Origin: a virus | IMG/VR virus record: IMGVR_UViG_3300009093_000036 | Span: 64,001-128,000 of that record | Strand: one strand, 5' to 3' | DNA length: 64,000 nucleotides | Shown here: positions 45,708 through 54,079 of the stretch, piece by piece | How the letters are laid out: each line of letters opens with the position of its first letter | Numbering within the stretch: the first letter of the stretch is position 1 | The notes under the pieces: model-generated | What the model was told of the DNA's origin: nothing | What the model saw: the letters and a program-made list of their open reading frames with translations, nothing else | Database searches by the model: none | Program-made: the position numbers and the translations under genes

Positions 45708-46286
45708 CAGTTCTTCTCTCGTCTTGAACGGCAGGGAGACGTCATTGTCCACCGCCCACTCGAAGTACATGTCGACAGGATCACGAGGCCACGTCGGGTA
45801 CTTGAAGGTGGGGAGCCCTTCCGAGCTCAGTAGCCCCACGCTCTTCGCACGTGCGTAGCCATCCTTCCAGATGTCGTTGAGAAGCCAGTACTTCCTCGGG
45901 CTACGGCTGTAGTAGAGGTCCTCGGCATCGCTGACGTGGGTTCCCTGCTGCCACCCCACCACTCGCTTGAAGTCCCGTGGACGCAGCATCGTGCGTGCCA
46001 CCTCACGCTCCACCTGCATGAGCAGCCAGTTCTCGCGAACGCTGTCGATCAAGCAGCCGGTGGGGTGCGTGATGATGTGCATCATCTCGTGAAGATGCGA
46101 CTCGATGTTGTTGCCTCCGTAGAGATAGACCTCACGCCTCTCGATGTGAAGCCCGTTCCCGAACCCGGTCTCGATGTCCTTGGGGACGCTCTTGAGCGTG
46201 ACGGGCTCAACCAAGTACTCGGGGATGATGTGGATGGTGATTTCGTAGCGCTCAGCGATCTCTTGGATCTCAGGGCTGACGGGCAT
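45690..46286 (-). CDS. HExxH protein
   Basis: SHLHEMMHIIT. Confidence 0.6.
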   Translation of the reverse strand: MPVSPEIQEIAERYEITIHIIPEYLVEPVTLKSVPKDIETGFGNGLHIERREVYLYGGNNIESHLHEMMHIITHPTGCLIDSVRENWLLMQVEREVARTMLRPRDFKRVVGWQQGTHVSDAEDLYYSRSPRKYWLLNDIWKDGYARAKSVGLLSSEGLPTFKYPTWPRDPVDMYFEWAVDNDVSLPFKTREELRGLRA

Positions 46287-46750
46287 CAGATCTCCAGAAT
46301 GTCGTAGTTCTCAGACTCGGGCGTGAACAGCAGAACAGGAACTTGAAGGTCCTGCGCCACCGTGATGACCTCGTAGTCGAGAAGAGTGCTGCTGGGGTCG
46401 AGCTGAGAGGTGAGTGCCCATACCCACAGAGCGTGAGCTCCGAGCAGGCAGGTGACATCTCGCTCGTGATCGTCGCTCTTGTTCAGGCGTCGAACACGAT
46501 CTGCGGGTTCATCAGGCCCAGGGCCGTACACCTCAACGCGATGACCATGTTCAGGAGCGAGCCTCTCTATGAACTCCTCCGGGCCCGTGATCATCCCGCT
46601 GACCCTGAAGGTGACGGGGCGACCAAGGACCCGGAGGTCGTAGAGGAAGTACTCCAAGACGTCGTAGTCGCGTCCCGTGTTCCGCATGCGCGGCGCCATC
46701 AGGACCACGACCGGCTCAGGGTGCGGAAGAAGGAGTTCTACGTGTCTCAT
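46286..46750 (-). CDS. hypothetical protein, possibly SLOG/Rossmann-like
   Basis: VVLMAPRM...VSGMITGPEEF..RLA; weak resemblance to YspA. Confidence 0.55.
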   Translation of the reverse strand: MRHVELLLPHPEPVVVLMAPRMRNTGRDYDVLEYFLYDLRVLGRPVTFRVSGMITGPEEFIERLAPEHGHRVEVYGPGPDEPADRVRRLNKSDDHERDVTCLLGAHALWVWALTSQLDPSSTLLDYEVITVAQDLQVPVLLFTPESENYDILEI

Positions 46751-46769
46751 CGTAGCTCTGATAGCGGAA

Positions 46770-47165
46770 TCACGCCTTGTGCGTGAGGTATTCCTTCGCG
46801 TACGCCAGCACCTGTTCGAGGTTGTTCTCCTCGCCCTTGATGTACTTGGCGCCCTCGATGACGGTCCGCTGAAGCATGGCTCGCGGGTCATCGACCGGAA
46901 AGATGTCCAGCTTCTTCGCATCGAGCTGCTGACGCCGCTCGCGAATCCACTCCTTCAAGTAACGCATCTCCATGGTCATGAAGATACGAGACGACTTCGC
47001 TGACTCTCTCCACCGCTCATCGGCACGTCGGGGGTCACCCAACTGCTTCTCGACGTTCAGTACGCCCATCGTTGCGTCATCGAGGCGGCTCTTCGCTTCG
47101 GCCATGGTCTGCGGGACCTTGAAGGTGTACTTGTCGCGATTCTTCTGTTCGTGTTTGGGCATCAC
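46770..47165 (-). CDS. hypothetical helical protein
   Basis: 131 aa ORF. Confidence 0.65.
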   Translation of the reverse strand: MMPKHEQKNRDKYTFKVPQTMAEAKSRLDDATMGVLNVEKQLGDPRRADERWRESAKSSRIFMTMEMRYLKEWIRERRQQLDAKKLDIFPVDDPRAMLQRTVIEGAKYIKGEENNLEQVLAYAKEYLTHKA

Positions 47166-47551
47166 AGTCCTCTGTACGTCGCCGTCGGCATGGACGGCGT
47201 CGGATCTGCACGTCGTACGTGTACCAGAAGACCAGCCGCTCGCGCAGCCGAGATCATGTGTTGGGTGCCAGGGCTCTTGCCGTCCCAGATCGCAACGAGG
47301 GCTTGCGCCTTCTTCGCCATCTCCAGGTTCCGCTTGATACCGGCACCGTTTCCATGCTTCGCCCAGTCAGCCGGGAAGGGATCGATGGGGATGCCCATGC
47401 GACGAGCGAACTCTTCGCCGAGCTTGTCGACACCCTCCGCCTGTCCCGACACGACGGTGGTGAACCAGTAGCCGGAGCTCAGGCAAGCGTTCTCGACCAT
47501 GGAGTAGTCCAAGTACGTGAACGACCTGCTGCCGGCGATGATGACCCTCAT
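47162..47551 (-). CDS. SLOG/YspA (DUF2493) family protein
   Basis: MRVIIAGSR, VVSGQAEGVD, PADW..HG..AG..RN..M, WDGKSPGT.HMI. Confidence 0.9.
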   Translation of the reverse strand: MRVIIAGSRSFTYLDYSMVENACLSSGYWFTTVVSGQAEGVDKLGEEFARRMGIPIDPFPADWAKHGNGAGIKRNLEMAKKAQALVAIWDGKSPGTQHMISAARAAGLLVHVRRADPTPSMPTATYRGL

Positions 47552-47745
47552 CCTTGGTCGAGGTCGCGGGGCTTGGGGTATGCCGCGAACTCGAAGTGGG
47601 AGCGTGGAAGGCGGATCTCGTTGCCGTTGAGCTGCCGGATGGTGAGGATCGTGACGAGGCCCGTCTTCTGGACCTTCTCGACCTTGCCTTCCGCACCATC
47701 GAGATAGCGTCCGTTCTTCACGCGGACCCAGTCGTCCTTCAGCAT
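47548..47745 (-). CDS. small KOW/SH3-like protein
   Basis: DWVRVKNGRYLDGAEGKV. Confidence 0.6.
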   Translation of the reverse strand: MLKDDWVRVKNGRYLDGAEGKVEKVQKTGLVTILTIRQLNGNEIRLPRSHFEFAAYPKPRDLDQG

Positions 47746-47754
47746 GACGACCTT

Positions 47755-47904
47755 CTACTTCTCCTGCGACTTCTGTCCCCTGCTCGTGATGAGCGGGTTC
47801 GGACCTCCGGTCAGGTTGATGGAGGCCATCGCCTTCGCGAACAGCGTCACCGACGCCTCTGCGAGCTTCTCTTGCTTCGACTTCTTTTTCGTGTTCGTGT
47901 TCAT
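47755..47904 (-). CDS. small basic protein (49 aa, not in the ORF track)
   Basis: GAGG RBS; MNTNTKKKSKQEKLAEA... Confidence 0.55.
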   Translation of the reverse strand: MNTNTKKKSKQEKLAEASVTLFAKAMASINLTGGPNPLITSRGQKSQEK

Positions 47905-47912
47905 GTTGTTCC

Positions 47913-48494
47913 TCAGCCCTTGAGAATGGGACCAACGGGTCGTCGCTTCGTCGCTACGTGTGGATGTGGCTTGTCGACGAAGTCCTTGTTGAAACGATCG
48001 TTCTCGATCGACGCAATCGCCGAGGCTCCACTCTCTTCGAGCTTCTTCAGCTCCATGAACAGCGCCAAGCGGTTCTTGGGAGAGAGGAGGATCCGCCAGT
48101 CCATGATGGTGTGGATGCGATACATCTCACGGGACACGTACTCGGTGTTGGCGAGATGTCCGTGAAAGACCTCGCTCTTGGCGTTCTCCACCATGTCCAT
48201 GAAGGACCCGACATCGATAGCCGGGATCTTCATCTTCAGATCATCGACGACGAAGTTGTACTCGTGCCGCCCCGTCCACATGATGCCGCCCATGTCGAGA
48301 AGAATCCCGTCGGCGTCTTCCTCGATCATCTTCGCGAGCTTGACCCCGGGCTTGTTCTTCAGCCCCTCCACGGACGCCGCGACCTCCCACGACTGATGAA
48401 GCAGCGGGATGATCTCGGCATCACAGACCACCTTCGGGGGAGCGTGCGTGAACTCGATGGAGTAGTCCGGCCGAAGCCTCTTCCAGACCGTCAT
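47913..48494 (-). CDS. hypothetical protein
   Basis: start MTVWKR. Confidence 0.65.
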   Translation of the reverse strand: MTVWKRLRPDYSIEFTHAPPKVVCDAEIIPLLHQSWEVAASVEGLKNKPGVKLAKMIEEDADGILLDMGGIMWTGRHEYNFVVDDLKMKIPAIDVGSFMDMVENAKSEVFHGHLANTEYVSREMYRIHTIMDWRILLSPKNRLALFMELKKLEESGASAIASIENDRFNKDFVDKPHPHVATKRRPVGPILKG

Positions 48495-49186
48495 CAGACA
48501 GCCCGAAGCCCTTCGGCGGTCCACTTCTGGTTCTTGTACTTCTCGATGAGGCGATAGGCCTCCTCGCCGAAGCGCGGGGCTACGCGCAACGTGCTGCGAA
48601 CGAAGTTGACTTCGCGGCGCGCACTCTCGTCACTGTCGCTGCCGTGCACAGCGTTGTGCATCATGACGCCGTCCTTGGCGGCGAACAGTCCTCGGATGGT
48701 CCCGGACGACGCCTTCATCGGGTCCGTGGGGCCCATCAGGCTTCGCCACTTGTTGACGGCATCCGGGGCGACCATGGTGAGGGCGATCATCCGTTCACTG
48801 GACATGAACTTGACGAGGTCCCAGTAGAAGGCCTTCCCAGCATGCTCTCCGTAGAACTCGGAAACGTCCGCTGGATCCCAACGCGAGCAGAGCATGTCAC
48901 CGATCAAGAAGTTGTCCTCGATCTGATGGATGATCGCTCCAGCCTTGCGGGCCTGGATGGCGTCCGGCTTGATGAGGGCGAAGGTGTACTCCAGCCTTCC
49001 GCCCGTCAGGAAGTCCAGCTTGGGACCTTCCGCCTTCACAGGAGCGGGCGTGGGTGGGGACGGCAGGTGACGGCTCGGGACGTCATGGCAGTCGGCGGTC
49101 TTCTCGCAGATCTCACACCTTCCGTAGCTCTTGATGATCGCCTCGGGGTACTTGTTCTCGACTCGACACTTTTCGCAGTAGAACAT
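48494..49186 (-). CDS. ndk: nucleoside diphosphate kinase with N-terminal zinc finger
   Basis: TFALIKPDA, RSLMGPTDP, GTIRG, NAVHGSDS.ESA.RE. Confidence 0.93.
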   Translation of the reverse strand: MFYCEKCRVENKYPEAIIKSYGRCEICEKTADCHDVPSRHLPSPPTPAPVKAEGPKLDFLTGGRLEYTFALIKPDAIQARKAGAIIHQIEDNFLIGDMLCSRWDPADVSEFYGEHAGKAFYWDLVKFMSSERMIALTMVAPDAVNKWRSLMGPTDPMKASSGTIRGLFAAKDGVMMHNAVHGSDSDESARREVNFVRSTLRVAPRFGEEAYRLIEKYKNQKWTAEGLRAV

Positions 49187-49368
49187 CAGGGCTCCTCCTT
49201 CATCTTCACGCGGAACTTCTTGCCCGAAGGCATGTGAAGCACGACGAACTCGTCGCGCTTCATCTCCAAGACCTTCCAAGGACGGTCCTGGCCGTACTTG
49301 GCTGAGTTGATGTTCGCGAGGTCGAACCCCGCAAGCACCGAGGACATCATGTCGCTCAAGTTGAACAT
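49186..49368 (-). CDS. hypothetical protein
   Basis: GGAG RBS; 60 aa. Confidence 0.65.
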   Translation of the reverse strand: MFNLSDMMSSVLAGFDLANINSAKYGQDRPWKVLEMKRDEFVVLHMPSGKKFRVKMKEEP

Positions 49369-49386
49369 CTACTTCTCCAACAAGAA

Positions 49387-49429
49387 GGGCGCGGCAGACC
49401 CAGCACCAAGTGCCAGACCTACCGCGCCC
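49387..49429 (-). other. 20-bp GU-rich hairpin / possible terminator
   Basis: GGGCGCGGTAGGTCTGGCAC-TTG-GTGCTGGGTCTGCCGCGCCC followed by TTCTTGTT. Confidence 0.7.
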
Positions 49430-49446
49430 ACCTCACGTCTATGGTG

Positions 49447-50166
49447 TCAGCCGTTCAGAGAGATGACGGCATCGGAGACCGTCCCGAGGACCTTCGGAAG
49501 CGAGAGGGGCTCCGTCTCGTACGACATCCCATCCGCGTGCTTCGCGAGGGACTCGAAGCAGAACATGAACTGCTCTTCGGGACGGATCCACGTGAGCGGA
49601 ACTCCACGCTTCACCTGGTAGGGGCCGCCCATCGTGAGGGTGAGCCGATCGAGCTCACTGCGCTGTGCTCCGCCTACGAGCATGTTCCAGAAGTCGATCT
49701 CCTTCATCTTCTGGGGGAGGAGATCGGTGTCGGCCATGCTCTGGTACCACTGCGGGAAGCTGATGACCGCAGGCTCGTCGTCGTCGAGAGCTTCCGCGAC
49801 GCTGCCTCCGGTGAGGCGGTTCACCGCCGCCCCATCGAGCATGTCACGAAGGCTTTCACCACCATCGATGAGCCGGAAGCTCTCGTGCGGGTTGATGAAC
49901 ATGCAGTAGCCAGACCCGATGGAGAGGCTGTGCGCACCGGGGAGCACCCACGAAGCACCGTCGGGCGTGTCGTAGGGGTCCTCGCGCTCGGCGAGCGCCT
50001 TCACGACCCCCAACGCGATGTTGGAGAGCGAACGCAGGTTGTCGAAGAGCCCGCCCTTCAGGGTGCCCTTGTAGAACGAGATCACTCCGTAGAGGTCCTC
50101 GCTGGATCCAGCGACGATCTCACGAGCCGGGAGCAGGAGCAGGGAGCTGGGGATGTTGTTGGTCAT
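49447..50166 (-). CDS. hypothetical protein
   Basis: AAGGAGG RBS; first gene behind a promoter copy. Confidence 0.75.
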   Translation of the reverse strand: MTNNIPSSLLLLPAREIVAGSSEDLYGVISFYKGTLKGGLFDNLRSLSNIALGVVKALAEREDPYDTPDGASWVLPGAHSLSIGSGYCMFINPHESFRLIDGGESLRDMLDGAAVNRLTGGSVAEALDDDEPAVISFPQWYQSMADTDLLPQKMKEIDFWNMLVGGAQRSELDRLTLTMGGPYQVKRGVPLTWIRPEEQFMFCFESLAKHADGMSYETEPLSLPKVLGTVSDAVISLNG

Positions 50167-50178
50167 GTGACCCTCCTT

Positions 50179-50200
50179 CTATCTTGTTGATAGGGGTTTC
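50179..50200 (-). promoter_or_regulatory. candidate phage promoter
   Basis: GAAACCCC-TATCAA-CAAGAT-A, hexamer 50187-50192. Confidence 0.65.
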
Positions 50201-50216
50201 CGGCGTTGATTCGAGC

Positions 50217-50549
50217 TTACTCCACGGCCTCGATGTCGCGAAGGAGGTCACGAGCATTCCTCATCGGAGGCCGGTAGCGAACCTCCATGGGACGTCCGAA
50301 CTCATTGTCCTTCGCCAGCTCTCCCGCATTCAGCTCGATGAACGCGAGAGCTTGGGTCAGAACCGTGGGCTCCAGGGTCTTGGACCAGCGGCTGTTCCAC
50401 TTCTCGAACTTGCCGTTCAAGAGGCGAAGGTCCACCCAGCGAGAAGCACCCATGCGACCAGTGACCTTGGTTCGGCACACGTGCACGAGGTATCCGCCGC
50501 GCTTGTCGACGGCCCTCTTCACTGACTCGATGCTGATGGTCTCGGACAT
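50217..50549 (-). CDS. hypothetical protein
   Basis: start MSETIS overlapping the upstream TGA. Confidence 0.65.
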   Translation of the reverse strand: MSETISIESVKRAVDKRGGYLVHVCRTKVTGRMGASRWVDLRLLNGKFEKWNSRWSKTLEPTVLTQALAFIELNAGELAKDNEFGRPMEVRYRPPMRNARDLLRDIEAVE

Positions 50550-50773
50550 CAACGTCTCCACTTCTTCGCGAACTCGATGAGCTCCGTCAGGAGCTCACTG
50601 CGAGCGATGCTTCGGTTGATGTGGTCGGTGCTGGTGACGACATCCCCGTTCTCGACCCGGCTGACACCACGAGTCATGAGCAGGCTCGTCTTGATGTTCT
50701 CCAAGTACTCGCCGGCGCCATCCCGGTAGTCGTCGTCGAGGACAACCACCAGGGTCCGGACACGATCCGTCAC
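50549..50773 (-). CDS. hypothetical protein
   Basis: 74 aa ORF. Confidence 0.65.
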   Translation of the reverse strand: MTDRVRTLVVVLDDDYRDGAGEYLENIKTSLLMTRGVSRVENGDVVTSTDHINRSIARSELLTELIEFAKKWRR

Positions 50774-51024
50774 TCTTCCCTCTCCGAACGATGGACGGTC
50801 TTCCAGGTCGCATCGAGAGTCGTACCCTCGTCGATGAGGATGTCGGCGCCGAACTTGTCGCAGACACCATCGACCTTGAACGTCGCATCATCAGGGATCT
50901 CGTACCCGGCGTGGCGGATGAGCTCGACGAGCAGCTTGTTGGTGAGCTTCAGCTCCGAATCGAAGGTGGAGGTCGTGACCGTCTTGACCTTGACCTTCTC
51001 CTTGAGGAGCGGGATCGAGCTCAC
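50770..51024 (-). CDS. hypothetical protein
   Basis: 84 aa ORF. Confidence 0.6.
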   Translation of the reverse strand: MSSIPLLKEKVKVKTVTTSTFDSELKLTNKLLVELIRHAGYEIPDDATFKVDGVCDKFGADILIDEGTTLDATWKTVHRSEREE

Positions 51025-51614
51025 TGCGAGATCCTGTTGGCGAGAACGGCGCGCTCGACCTCAGTGAGGTCCCACTGCGCCAGCACGACGTACAAGGTGC
51101 CGCCCAGGTGCTTCAGAAGCAGCGGGTCGGTCGGAGGCACCGGCTGCCACTCCGCCTCCCACATGATGTGGTAGTTGCGGAGATGATGCTTCGGGCGGAA
51201 CTGCGGAGGGACGCTCGGCAGCAGTGCACGTGCACGCGGCCAGCTTCCCGCCGGCTTCGCAAGAACTCCCTCGGGCAGCTTCACCGAGTTGTAGCCGTGC
51301 GCCTTCAGGTTGCCCCCGAAGGTGGTGGTGTCATTCGTTCCGATGAAGGTGCCTCTTGCAGTATCCACGAAGCTGAACCAGCACCACTTGAAGTCGGCGC
51401 GACACACCGCGATCCTGGGCATCCCCTTCGCATCCAGCCCCGTGGCTCGGAAGGCGCTACGAAGATCGAGGAGAGCGGAGCCTTCGGCGAGGGCCTTGTA
51501 GCCCTTCATGATGGCGACGTCCTCGTCGTTGTGGCGGGCCTCGACTGCATGCTTGTAGTCGAGGAAGGCCCTGCGAGCTTCATCCTGCGGCATCGTGATC
51601 TTGTCGATGTTCAT
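51021..51614 (-). CDS. hypothetical protein
   Basis: VPPQFRP...WEAEW...DPLLLKHLGG.LY.VLAQWDLTEVE. Confidence 0.75.
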   Translation of the reverse strand: MNIDKITMPQDEARRAFLDYKHAVEARHNDEDVAIMKGYKALAEGSALLDLRSAFRATGLDAKGMPRIAVCRADFKWCWFSFVDTARGTFIGTNDTTTFGGNLKAHGYNSVKLPEGVLAKPAGSWPRARALLPSVPPQFRPKHHLRNYHIMWEAEWQPVPPTDPLLLKHLGGTLYVVLAQWDLTEVERAVLANRISQ

Positions 51615-52042
51615 GTTCCAGTCCTTGGATTGCTGACGCACACGGAGTGCGCCTTGGCCTTGGTCCCATCGTGGTAGCCCTGAAGAGGCGTGATGGGCTG
51701 CTTGCAGAGAACGCAGTTCTGGGAGAGGAGGCGCTTGGCCACCTTCACAGGACGAGCACCCAGCTTCTTCTTGATGGCGTCGATCCGGAAGGCTTCCTCT
51801 TGAGCCTTGTACTCGGCCTGCTTCTTCTCGACCTGGGCCTTGAGCTCGTCGGTGATCGTGAAGCCGTACTTCGGAGCGACCTCCATCAAGGCCAACTGAT
51901 AGACGCCACCAGCCTTGAGGATTTTCTCCTCGGCCTCCTCTTGCGAGTTCGTGTACTGCATCGACATCTGCGCCATCACCAGGTTCGCAGCGTTGCCGTA
52001 GTACGTGGTGGTTCGACCGTCGCTGACGACCCCCTCCTTCAC
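51611..52042 (-). CDS. hypothetical protein with C-terminal zinc finger
   Basis: GTGA-coupled start; CVLC...H..C. Confidence 0.6.
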   Translation of the reverse strand: MKEGVVSDGRTTTYYGNAANLVMAQMSMQYTNSQEEAEEKILKAGGVYQLALMEVAPKYGFTITDELKAQVEKKQAEYKAQEEAFRIDAIKKKLGARPVKVAKRLLSQNCVLCKQPITPLQGYHDGTKAKAHSVCVSNPRTGT

Positions 52043-52432
52043 TTGGGAGCCTCCGTCACAGACGTGACCGTGAAGAGCTTCTCTGCGAAGGACTCCTGGC
52101 TGAGTCGATCCTTGATGTAGCCGCCCATCATCTTGGCGGCGCGGTCCATCCGAAGACGGAACGGGATGACTGCGTCGTAGTAGCGGACGTACGCCTTGTG
52201 CAAGAGCCGGCGGGTCTGGGCCCGCAGGTGCTTGACCTGCGCCACCTTGGAGGCAACCTGGATCGGCGGGAGAGAGAGGCAGCACCGTGGTGGTGTTGAG
52301 CCAGGTCTTCCATGTCGCGTTCGCGTTGCGCCGGGCGATCGTGCACTCCTGCATGTGCAGCTTCGCCTGCTCGATCTCGACCTTCTCTTCTTCGGTGTAC
52401 GTGAAGTTCTCGTCTGCCTTCGGCAGCTCCAT
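52039..52432 (-). pseudogene. hypothetical gene interrupted by a frameshift in a (CT)4 run
   Basis: MELPKAD...TVLP in one frame and LPPIQVASKVAQ...EAPK in another; junction at 52270-52278. Confidence 0.55.
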
Positions 52433-52449
52433 CTTCCTGTTCCAGATCC

Positions 52450-52818
52450 TCATACCGACATTCCTCCATCCGTGATCAACTTGCCGAACACAATCTTGCC
52501 GAGGTCTCTACGCTCGAACTTGTAGATGTCCTCGCCACTGAACTCCATCTCGTCAGGCTCGGTGGTGAGAACCTCCATCGTCTGGATGTCCACCCACACC
52601 GTCTGCATCTTCTCTTGCGCCCATTCGGTGAGCTGATCGGTCGCCGTGACGTAGCCAGGCCAGTCTTCCAGCTCTGCGGAGTCTCTGTAGTACTCGGCGT
52701 TGTGCGGACCGAAGTGCAGGTCGTAGTTGGCGCAGTTGCGCAGCTTGAGCGTGCGCTCGTCCATCTGATCGAGGAAGTACTTCTTGACGACCTTCTCGAC
52801 CTCTTCCCTCATTCCCAT
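52450..52818 (-). CDS. hypothetical acidic protein
   Basis: start MGMREE. Confidence 0.65.
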   Translation of the reverse strand: MGMREEVEKVVKKYFLDQMDERTLKLRNCANYDLHFGPHNAEYYRDSAELEDWPGYVTATDQLTEWAQEKMQTVWVDIQTMEVLTTEPDEMEFSGEDIYKFERRDLGKIVFGKLITDGGMSV

Positions 52819-53006
52819 TTCATCTCCTGTAGAGCTCGGGTCTCCGGGTCGGGGTGAAGCTCGGGAGCCTGTGGGGCTGGAGACAGCAGCATCCACACGA
52901 TCATCTCGCCGAACCAGAAGAAGAGGACGAGGAGCATGTACTCCCGACCCCTGCGGGCCCAGCGCGGAGGCTCAGGCTCGATGGCGGTCGTGTAGTTGGG
53001 GCTCAT
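52809..53006 (-). CDS. small membrane protein
   Basis: central TM helix. Confidence 0.6.
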   Translation of the reverse strand: MSPNYTTAIEPEPPRWARRGREYMLLVLFFWFGEMIVWMLLSPAPQAPELHPDPETRALQEMKWE

Positions 53007-53320
53007 GTCCGCACAACCTGAGCGCTTGGATAGCGCTCCTTCACCTTCTTCTCAGCTTCCTCGATGCTGAGTGCCCTCAGCATGAAGTCGATCTCTCCGT
53101 CGACGGTCGCCGCCCAGTAAAGAGGGGGCCCGATGCCGAAGTATGTGCCGAGGGAATCGTAGCCACCCTCATCGAGCTCGGACTCCTTCAAGAAGATGTC
53201 GCCCGAGAAGGTGGGCGGTGCGAGATGGATCGAGGGTCTGCCCAAGGCCGCTCCGCGCTTGGGGTCGCCGCACCACCCCTTGGGGTCGGCCCTCTTGTAG
53301 TCCGGCAAGTTCATGTCCAT
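53003..53320 (-). CDS. hypothetical protein
   Basis: KGWCGDPKRGAALGR...GGYDSLGTYFG.G.PLYW. Confidence 0.75.
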   Translation of the reverse strand: MDMNLPDYKRADPKGWCGDPKRGAALGRPSIHLAPPTFSGDIFLKESELDEGGYDSLGTYFGIGPPLYWAATVDGEIDFMLRALSIEEAEKKVKERYPSAQVVRT

Positions 53321-53334
53321 GTGAAACCCGTCCT

Positions 53335-53355
53335 TCATCTATCTGATAGGGCAAA
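53335..53355 (-). promoter_or_regulatory. candidate phage promoter
   Basis: TTTGCCC-TATCAG-ATAGAT-G, hexamer 53343-53348. Confidence 0.65.
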
Positions 53356-53378
53356 GAAGCAGGGACGAGCCCTGCTTC
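53353..53378 (-). terminator. intrinsic terminator
   Basis: GAAGCAGGG-CTCGT-CCCTGCTTC-TTT. Confidence 0.7.
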
Positions 53379-53381
53379 AGA

Positions 53382-53990
53382 TCACGCACGTGCCGGAAGG
53401 CCTGTGCGAACCGCGGAGTAGGGTGCAGGTTCGTGCTCCAGAGGCAGCATCTTCATCTGCTCGACCACTGCACCGCTGTCGAAGAGCGGCTTCCCGAGGT
53501 CCTTCACCATGTTGTACGGCTTGCGCTCGTCCTCGTCGTCCGGGTCTTGAACCTGCCAGGGGTTCGCGTTGACCGAGGTCCCGTACCACGCCAGCCAGCG
53601 CACCTGCTTCTCGCTCACGAGCTGCTCGATGCGACCAGCAGCCGCCAGCAGGTGGCAGATCTGCTCGCGGTTCTCGTGGACCGCAGTGAACTTCCGCAGC
53701 GACTGTGCGTAGAGGAGCATGTCCTCGGCACCCTCGATGTAGTTGCCCTCGTCTGCCATCGCGTAGACGTTGAGCTCGAAGGGCTCCATCTTGCTGGACG
53801 GCAAGTAGACCCACTTCATGAGCTTCCCCCAGTCCTCGAAGCTGAACCCAGTCGCTCCGAACTCCTTGCCGTACTTCTTCACCAGAGCATCCCAGATCAT
53901 CGGCTGGTTGCCCCACGCGTTACGAAGCTCCAGGAACGCCCCCATCTCGGGGTCTGCATCCGTTGCCCCCATCAAGTATGACCTGCTCAT
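53382..53990 (-). CDS. hypothetical protein
   Basis: GGAGG RBS; ELRNAWGNQPMIWD. Confidence 0.75.
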   Translation of the reverse strand: MSRSYLMGATDADPEMGAFLELRNAWGNQPMIWDALVKKYGKEFGATGFSFEDWGKLMKWVYLPSSKMEPFELNVYAMADEGNYIEGAEDMLLYAQSLRKFTAVHENREQICHLLAAAGRIEQLVSEKQVRWLAWYGTSVNANPWQVQDPDDEDERKPYNMVKDLGKPLFDSGAVVEQMKMLPLEHEPAPYSAVRTGLPARA

Positions 53991-54024
53991 CTTACCTCCA
54001 GTTCATGTTCGAGCGAGTGCTCGT

Positions 54025-54045
54025 ACATGACTCTGATAGGCAAAA
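54025..54045 (-). promoter_or_regulatory. candidate phage promoter
   Basis: TTTTTGCC-TATCAG-AGTCAT-G, hexamer 54033-54038. Confidence 0.65.
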
Positions 54046-54077
54046 AGAGCAGGAAACCCGGAGGTTCCCTGCTCTTT
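54042..54077 (-). terminator. intrinsic terminator (15-bp stem)
   Basis: AAAGAGCAGGGAACC-TCCG-GGTTTCCTGCTCTTT-TT. Confidence 0.8.
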
Positions 54078-54079
54078 GC

